From positions 118,516,123-118,580,122 of the forward strand of contig NC_052151.1 in assembly GCF_902713615.1 (NCBI RefSeq): 64,000 nucleotides of DNA, read 5' to 3'. The stretch comes from Scyliorhinus canicula (taxonomy: Eukaryota). How positions within the stretch are numbered: the stretch's first letter is position 1; the number at the start of each line of letters is the position of its first letter. The notes beneath the pieces were generated by a model. It was not told the DNA's origin. It worked only from the letters and a program-made list of their open reading frames with translations, and ran no database searches. Positions 40,545 through 48,600 of this stretch are shown one piece after another. The position numbers and the translations under genes are program-made.

Positions 40545-41988
40545 CAGCGCCGGCCCTAGGGATTGCTGGTGCCCCGGGCAAGCTGAACTTCGGCGCCCTT
40601 CGTGGGGGGGGTCGGGTCGGGTCGTGTCGGGTCGGGTCGGGGGGGTCGGGTCGGGTCGGGTCGGGTTGGGGGGGGTCGGGTCGGGGGGGGTNNNNNNNNN
40701 NNNNNNNNNNNNNNNNNNNNNNNNNNNNNNNNNNNNNNNNNNNNNNNNNNNNNNNNNNNNNNNNNNNNNNNNNNNNNNNNNNNNNNNNNNNNNNNNNNNN
40801 NNNNNNNNNNNNNNNNNNNNNNNNNNNNNNNNNNNNNNNNNNNNNNNNNNNNNNNNNNNNNNNNNNNNNNNNNNNNNNNNNNNNNNNNNNNNNNNNNNNN
40901 NNNNNNNNNNNNNNNNNNNNNNNNNNNNNNNNNNNNNNNNNNNNNNNNNNNNNNNNNNNNNNNNNNNNNNNNNNNNNNNNNNNNNNNNNNNNNNNNNNNN
41001 NNNNNNNNNNNNNNNNNNNNNNNNNNNNNNNNNNNNNNNNNNNNNNNNNNNNNNNNNNNNNNNNNNNNNNNNNNNNNNNNNNNNNNNNNNNNNNNNNNNN
41101 NNNNNNNNNNNNNNNNNNNNNNNNNNNNNNNNNNNNNNNNNNNNNNNNNNNNNNNNNNNNNNNNNNNNNNNNNNNNNNNNNNNNNNNNNNNNNNNNNNNN
41201 NNNNNNNNNNNNNNNNNNNNNNNNNNNNNNNNNNNNNNNNNNNNNNCGGGGGGGTCGGGTCGGGGGGGTTGGGTCGCGTCGGGTCGGGGGGGTCGGGTCG
41301 GGTCGGGGGGGTTCGGGTCGGGGGGGTTGGGTCGGGTCGGGGGGGTGGGTCGGATTGGGTCGGGTTGGGTCGGGGGGGTCGGGTCGGGGGGGTCGGGTCG
41401 GGGGGGTCGGGTCGGGTCGGGGGGGGTCGGGTCGGGTCGGGTCGGGGGGGGTCAGGTCGGGTCGGGGGGGGTCGGGTCGGGTCGGGGGGGGTCGGGTCGG
41501 GGGCGGTCGGGTCGGGTCGGGGGGTCGGGTCGGGGGGGTCGGGGGGGTCGGGTCGGGTCGGGGGGGTGGGGTCAGGTCGGGTCGGGTCGGGTGGGGGGGG
41601 TCGGGTCGGGGGGGTCGGGGGGGTTGTGGGGGGTCGGGGGGGTCGGGCCGGGTCGGGGGGGTCGGGTCGGGTCGGGTGGGTCGGGTCGGGTCGGGTTGGG
41701 GGGGGTCGGGTCGGGTCGGGGGGTCGGGGGCGTCGGGTCGGGGGGGGGGTCGGGTCGGGTCGGGGGGGTCGGGTCGGGTCGGGTCGGGTGGGGTCAGGTC
41801 GGGTCGGGGGGGTCGGGTCGGGTCGGGGGGGGGCCGGAGTGTCCTGGTATATGATTGGGACTCACCGATCGGCGGGCCGGTCTCTCTGTCGGCAGGTCTC
41901 TGACGCCGGTCACGCACTCGTTGATGGCGCCCCCTAGCACATGGCGCCCCGGGCGACTGCCCGAGTTGCCGGTACCTTGAGCCGGCCG
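40545..41988. mobile_element. Non-autonomous hAT-type DNA transposon inserted in element A pol
   Basis: 8-bp TSD GGGGTGGC at 40537-40544 and 41989-41996. Imperfect TIRs CAGCGCCGGCCCTAGG / CCTTGAGCCGGCCG. Removing it restores the pol reading KPNATP-MVHAPRR. Confidence 0.8.
40603..41833 (+). repeat. (GGGTC/GnTC) G-rich minisatellite containing an assembly gap
   Basis: Directly visible tandem repeat; N-run at 40692-41246. Confidence 0.95.
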
Positions 41989-42485
41989 GGGGTGGCGTTT
42001 GGTTTCAGCAGGATTTTGTATCGGTATGGGAGCGTGCCCATTCCATCGAACACGCTGTGGTACTGCGTGATGATGTCATCAATTTCAGCCTGGAAGTTTT
42101 CATCAGGTGAGGCCGTCGCCTGTGAGGATGACATGGTGTGGACTCACTGAACCAGGTTCAGGAGTTTGCACCCGAGCACCGAGCACCGAGCAGGGATGCT
42201 CTGTCAGGTCCGACAATCTCAAATTGCAGCGTCGCTTTAAGTGACCTATTGGAAATGCCGAGTTGGCACGAGCCACTGGCAGCAATGGCATTGCCATTGT
42301 AGTCAAGGAGCTGGCAGGCCGGTGGAAGAATGCTGGTCTGACGCGGATAGTGTCGAGATAGGATTTTGAAATGAGGTTCGCTGATGCGCCGGTACCCAGC
42401 TTGAAACGGATGCGGGCCTTGTTGACTGAGGACAGCACGCCACTTGTCATTAGGATCCACGCTTAGGATTGGGAGGTGTTTCACC

Positions 42486-42818
42486 ATAGAACATAGAACA
42501 GTACAGCACAGAACAGGCCCTTCGGCCCTCAATGTTGTGCCGAACAATGATCACCCTACTTTAAACCCATGTAACCCGTATACCCGTAACCCAACAATCC
42601 CCCCATTAACCTTACACTACGGGCAATTTAGCATGGCCAATCCACCTAACCTGCACATCTTTGGACTGTGGGAGGAAACCGGAGCACCCGGAGGAAACCC
42701 ACGCACACACAGGGAGGACGTGCAGACTCCACACAGACAGTGACCCAGCCGGGAATCGAACCTGGGACCCTGGAGCTGTGAAGCATTGATGCTAACCACC
42801 ATGCTACTGTGAGGCCCC
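42486..42818 (-). mobile_element. Well-preserved HE1-like SINE inserted in element A
   Basis: Complete head, core and (catagaa) tail. Removing it restores the host reading KHALPFSKM-VKHLPIL, with a short ccat duplication. Confidence 0.85.
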
Positions 42819-43432
42819 ATCTTTGAGAAAGGCAGCGCATGCTTGGTAATGATGCCTGTGGTGGTATGAATGTGAGCACTGCCATTGGTGCAGAACATGG
42901 GTTTCCCATTGGCTCTGGCTGGTCATGTGCCTCTCGTCCGATTGGCTGGGACTAGTCATGTGACTGCTCATCAATTGGTCGATAGGCAAGTAGACCCCGC
43001 CTCCGAGGCGGGGTATAAGTACCCAGAGTTCCCGGCGGTCGGCCTTTCTCTGTAGTCGACCAGCGGGCTAACAACTAGCTGATTAAAGCCACAGTTTGGA
43101 TCTTAATCGTGTCTCGAGTCCAATTGATGGTACATCAATTTAATCAGCTAGAATTTTGGAATGGAGCTTCGCATCAAGCCTCACTGCCTCCGCACCAGCC
43201 CACATGCTTCAAATGCATCTGCAATCTTTAAACATTGGCAGGCGTGTTTTAATAGCTATCTGACGACTGCAGCCGGCAAGCCCACCATGGAGCAGAAACT
43301 CCACATCCTCCTCTCATGCGTGGGCACAGCGATCTACTCAATGATTGAGGACGACAGCGATTATGATGCGGCCATGGAGATTCCCAAAGGACACTTTCTC
43401 CGGACGGTCAACAAAGTAAACGCACGAAAGTA

Positions 43433-44916
43433 AACATTCTCATTTGAGTTCAGTTTTTCATTCCTTAACCTGGTGCCTTTCAGATGTCTGGAGATTTCCT
43501 GATCTACACCACCCACCTGACCCACAGCCCAGAGTATCATGGATCTGTCATTGTGAGAACAAATGGAGCTGTTGTTCCCATTGAGTGTCGTTACTTTAGG
43601 TGAGAATCTTTATTTGAAGATCCACAGCTGTTAGTGTTCTCTGAAGTTGTCTTAAAATGACTCTGCTGCCTTTCCAGGAAGGGCAATGTGAGCAGTAACC
43701 CCATCAGGCCTACCTGGATCCCATTCAGCTCCACCAGGTCTAGAGAAGGACATCTTTCATTCTCTCTGCGCCTAATGAATGGTATGTGATGGGGAGTGAT
43801 TTCCTGTCTTCACTCACTGGGAGTGACACCCACTGTCTCCAACCCTTATCCTCTTGTTCTTCAGGTGACTGGCTTACAGAGCGCACTTCCACTGTCTACT
43901 ACCTGGGTGACCTCATTCACATTGAGGCCTCTGTTTCAATGAGCAACCACATGCCCCTGAAGCTCTTCATTGACCGCTGTGTAGCTACATTGAACCCAGA
44001 CAAGGACTCCACCCCGAGATACAGCATCATTGACTACAATGGGTAAGGAGCTCTCTGCTTTCTCCAGCTGCTCCCATCTCACTGGCTTCACTTGATTCAC
44101 TTCATGTCCCTTTTTAATCTATCTTCAGTTGCCTCCTGGACAGCCAAGCTGAGGACTCCTTTTCAACCTTTGTGTTGCCAAGTGGCGAGCGGGAGATGGA
44201 CAAGCTCCGGTTTGACCTGGATGCATTCCGTTTCTTTGGAGATGACCGTTCCTTGGTAAGAGGAAATTGATCACTGGGGTCTCTGGGTTGGGAGGGAGTC
44301 ATTAAATAACAACGTGTTGATGTTTCCCTCAGATTTTCATCACCTGTCACCTGAAAGTAGCTCCAGTGGATCGGAGGGATTCCAAGAACAAAGCTTGTAC
44401 TTTCCAGAAGATGCAGAATATGTAAGCTCTCTCTCGGATGGGCTTTTGTGGAGAAGTGATGCACAACCCAGTTGGTTGACTGATTTTTGTCTTGCTTAGC
44501 TGGGCCCAATTGGAGGAATCGAGCATTGATATTTGTGCCTGTTGCCATGTGGGTAACTGTGCCACAAGGGAGCTGCGATTTGGATCCAGAGGAAGGAGAG
44601 ATCTTGTAGCTGAAGCTGGTAGGACATTGATTCTCTAGATGGTGGACGTTTCCCCTTTCCCCTCTCTAACTGTAATGTTTAATATTGCAGAAAATGAAGT
44701 TGGATCGAAGTGGGAGGCTGAGGCCTCACTTGGACCCCTGATCATTCTGGATACTGATGTGACCAACCTGGCAACGGACTCTCTGAATGAGGGAAGGATG
44801 CAGGAGAGGTCCCCAGGTGGTGAGTTGGCTGACTGTGGTTTCTATTTGCCCCTCAGTGTTTCCTTCACTAACCATTGGCTTCTCATTGGTTTGTAGGTGT
44901 GGAGTCTGAGGTGGTC
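43433..44916 (+). pseudogene. zp3: Unspliced ZP3 gene fragment (end of intron 1 to first 20 nt of exon 9) inside the gag of element B
   Basis: Exons 43484-43599, 43678-43781, 43865-44042, 44129-44255, 44333-44421, 44500-44618, 44691-44819, 44897-44916. Lengths match the intact copies and introns are retained. Exon 1 and most of the TM segment are missing. It is flanked on both sides by gag coding sequence. Confidence 0.93.
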
Positions 44917-45106
44917 GCTTACGTTGCTGGCATGCAGTCCCCTTCTATCCGCCAACGATTGCTGGAGAAGAACACCCTCAGCCTAGCTGAGGCACGGACT
45001 CGTGCAACCTCCCTGGAGGTTGCTGACCTGAACGCCCGCGCATACGCCCCCGGCCGCGCAGCAACCCCCTGGACTTCATGGCACGCGCCACCCCCGTCCT
45101 CCGTGG

Positions 45107-45143
<37 letters not shown>

Positions 45144-45522
45144 ACCCCCAAAGCCTGCGCTGCAGGTCACTCTGACAAACTAGCGGGGCCCCGTTGCTAT
45201 TTTTGTGGTCTCTCCAAGCACCCTCGCCCCGCGCTGTCCGGCCCGCTCCGCTCTGTGTAAGAGCTGCGGGAAGAAGGGCCACTACGTAGTGGTCTGCCAG
45301 ACCAAGTCGGTCGCTGCTGTTCCACGCAGCGACCGCGGATCGCCCCCCCCCCCGGGCCCCCCTAGGGCCCAGCGCCGCACACCAACCTCTTCGGCCCGCC
45401 TCCCTGGCCCCCGAACGGCCCCGCGGCCCTCCCGACCCTCGCTCCCAGCTGCCCCGACCGGCCCGCAGACGCCGCTGACACTGCCCCCAGCCGCCATGAG
45501 GTTCCCACGGGCGCCACCTACT

Positions 45523-45655
45523 TGGGCCCCGGACACCATGTGCGGGCCATGGGCGCCGCCATCTTGGGGCCCCGGATCCATGTGCGGGCCCTGGGCGCGG
45601 CCATCTTGGGACCCCGACTCCACGTGCGAGTCCTGGGCGCCGCCATCTTGGGCCA
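45523..45655 (+). repeat. ~42-bp tandem repeat in the gag-protease linker of element B
   Basis: Three copies encoding WAPDTMCGPWAPPS / WGPGSMCGPWARPS / WDPDSTCESWAPPS. Confidence 0.8.
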
Positions 45656-48600
45656 ACACGGAAGGCTCTGCCAGCGATTACTCTGCCACCGAGGAGGATC
45701 TGGAACTCTCACCACGACTTTCTTCCATCACACTCGACCAGTCGCGACCACGCACGCTCGCCAAGACTACGACAACGATCCAGCTCAACGGACACAAAAC
45801 GAGATGCCTGCTGGACACCGGGAGCACGGTAAGTTTCGTCCACCCCAACACGGTAAGACACTGCGCGCTCCCCACCCATCCAGTTAAGCATAAGATTGAA
45901 TTGGCCTCGGGTTCGCACTCCGTCCAAATCACCAGGTGCTGCATAGCGGACCTCACGGTCCAGGTGAGGGTTTTCAAAAACTTCAAACTCCTCATTCTCC
46001 CCCGTCTATGCGCTCCGGCACTCTTGGGCCTGGATTTCCAGTGCAACGTGCAGAGCTTGACCTTTCAATTCGGCGGCCCTATTCCCCCTCTTACTGCTGC
46101 CTCAAACGCTGCCTCGGCTTCTTCTCATATTATGCCCAGTGGGTCCCCAACTACGCCGACAAAGCCCGCCCCCTCATCCAGACCACCTCCTTTCCCCTAT
46201 CGATGGAGGCCCGCCAGGCCTTTAGCTGCATCAAAGCAGATATCGCAACGGCCACGATGCATGCTATCGACGAGCCCCTCCCATTCCAGGTCGAGAGCGA
46301 CGCATCTGACGTAGCTCTGGCGGCCACCCTGAACCAAGCGGGCAGACCCGTGGTCTTCTTCTCACGAACCCTCCACGCTTCCGAAATCCACCATTCCTCG
46401 GTGGAAAAGGAGGCACCGGCCATAGTCGAAGCTGTGCGATACTGGAGGCACTATCTGGCCGGCAGGAGGTTTACCCTCTCACAGACCAACGGTCAGTAGC
46501 TTTCATGTTCGATAATGCACAGAGGGGCAAGATCAAGAACGACAAGATCTTGCGGTGGCGGATCGAATTGTCCACGTACAACTACGATATCTTGTATCGT
46601 CCTGGGAAGCTCAATGAGCCTTCCGATGCCCTATCCCGCGGTACCTGCGCCAGCGCACAGATTGACCGCCTCCGCTCCCTCCACATGGACCTCTGCCATC
46701 CAGGGGTCACCCGTCTTTACCATTTTATTAAGACCCGCAACCTGCCCTACTCCGTTGAGGAAGTCAGGACCGTCACTGGGGACTGCCACGTCTGCGCCGA
46801 GTGCAAACCGCACTTCTACCGCCCCGAACGAGCGCATCTGATCAAGGCGTCCCGCCCCTTCGAACGTCTCAGTATAGACTTCAAGGTTCCCCTCCCCTCC
46901 AACAACCGTAACACATATTTCTTGAGTGTTATCGACGAATACTCCCGCTTCCCTTTTGCCATTCCCTGTCCCGACATGACCACAACAACCGTCACAAAGG
47001 CCCTCCTATCCATCTTCTCCCTGGTCGGTTACCCCGCGTACATCCACAGCGACCGGGGGTCCTCCTTTATGAGTGACGAACTGCGTCAGTTCCTGCTCAG
47101 CAGGGGCATAGCCTCTAGCAGGACGACCAGTTATAACCCCCGGGGTAACGGTAAGGTCAAGCGGGAGAATGGCACCATTTGGAAGACCATCCTGCTGGCC
47201 CTACGGTCCAGAGATCTCCCTATTCCCCGTTGGCAAGAAGTCATCCCCGACGCCCTGCATTCAATCCGGTCTCTCCTCTGTACTACCACTAATCAAACAC
47301 CTCATGAACGTCTTCTTGTTTTCCCCAGGAAGTCGTCCTCAGGATCCCCTCTCCCGACCTGGCTGGCCACCCCCGGGCCCATCTTGCTCCGGAAGCATGT
47401 GCGGGTGCACAAGTCCGACCAGTTGGTCGAGCGAGTCCAGTTACTCCACGCCAACCCGCAGTATGCGTACATGGAGTATCCCGACGGTCGGCAGGATATG
47501 GTCTCACTTCGGGACCTGGCACCCACCGGCGTGCGGCCTTCTCCCCCTACATCAACATCTCCCCACCCAACCCCAATTCCCCCCCAGTGCCCCCTGCGCC
47601 CCCACGACCCAGCGCACATGCCCCCTCGTCTCCACCACCAGCCCGGGGTACGGAGACACATCTACGATCGACGCTCCCAGAGGCAAGGACGGCCATCGGC
47701 CCGACATCACCGGCTCCACTGCGACGGTCCTCCAGAACACCACGGGCACCCGACAGGCTGATCGTCTCCATCTGATGCGACTATGGGACATTTTGGACTT
47801 TGTTGTTATTCTGTTGCACCTTAAGTTGTAGTAGTAGTATTATTTTTTGCCATGAGCCAGTGGGCAGCCCACCTTTCTCGATTTTCGCTGCTCATACCAC
47901 CAGTCCTCGGATCCCCCCCCCCCGCCTCTCTTCCACTTACACCCCCCCCCCCCCCCCCCGGCCTTCTTTCTCCACAAGGGGTGAATGTGGTGGTATTAAT
48001 GTGAGCACTGCCATTGGTGCAGAGCATGGGTTTCCCATTGGCTCTGGCTGGTCATGTGCCTCTCGTCCGATTGGCTGCGACTAGTCATGTGACTGCTCAC
48101 CAATTGGTCGAGAGGCAAGTAGACCCCGCCTCCGAGGCGGGGTACAAGTACCCAGAGTTCCCGGCGGTCGGCCTTTCTCTGTAGTCGACCACCGGGCTAA
48201 CAACTAACTGATTAAAGCCACAGCCAGGCCGGCAGTACCAGGTTCAGGATCCGATGGGCTGTCGGGGTCGGAGTCTGGCACAGCCTGCTGAATCGAACGG
48301 ACGCTCCTGCGCCTTGGCTGGGATCGCTGTGTGCTGGGCAGTGCAGCAGATCTGCAAAGGGTTGCGTAGTGGCCAAGCTTGCCACACTGTAGACACCGTC
48401 GTGATTTTGCCGGATATTGCCGCTTTAAATGGGCGGAGCCAGAATTTGGACACGCCATGACGCCAACGTCAGCGCGTTCTGTACGCCATCGCTCATGCGC
48501 AGTGTGGTTGAATGACGTACGCACCTGCGCAGGCTGGTCGTCGGTCTTGCCGTCCCCTCGGTCGTGGCGCGCATACGCTGGAGCCCAGGAAAAGCTCGGG

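Larger units (their letters stand above)
42857..48223 (+). mobile_element. Element B: Ty3/Gypsy LTR retrotransposon nested in element A; RT core deleted; carries the ZP3 fragment
   Basis: 5' LTR 42857-43137 (TGTGG...CATCA). The 3' LTR (47986-48223) is truncated and differs at 8 of 238 shared nt; it is preceded by the purine tract AAGGGGTGAA. Gag starts at 43161 and has two zinc knuckles (CYFCGLSKH, CKSCGKKGH). Protease LLDTGS; RNase H ESDASD...VEKE; integrase HPG...CHVC, IDFK, HSDRG. The protease end jumps to the RT thumb (LKRCLGFFSYY) near 46095. Confidence 0.93.

Noticed and set aside
40540-41937. Long Gly/Arg- and Pro-rich ORFs (433-465 aa)
   Set aside because: These are translations of the G-rich minisatellite and the N gap, which cannot contain stop codons.
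43433-44916. Captured ZP3 as a processed retrocopy or as a simple inversion
   Set aside because: The introns are retained, and both flanks are collinear gag in the same orientation.
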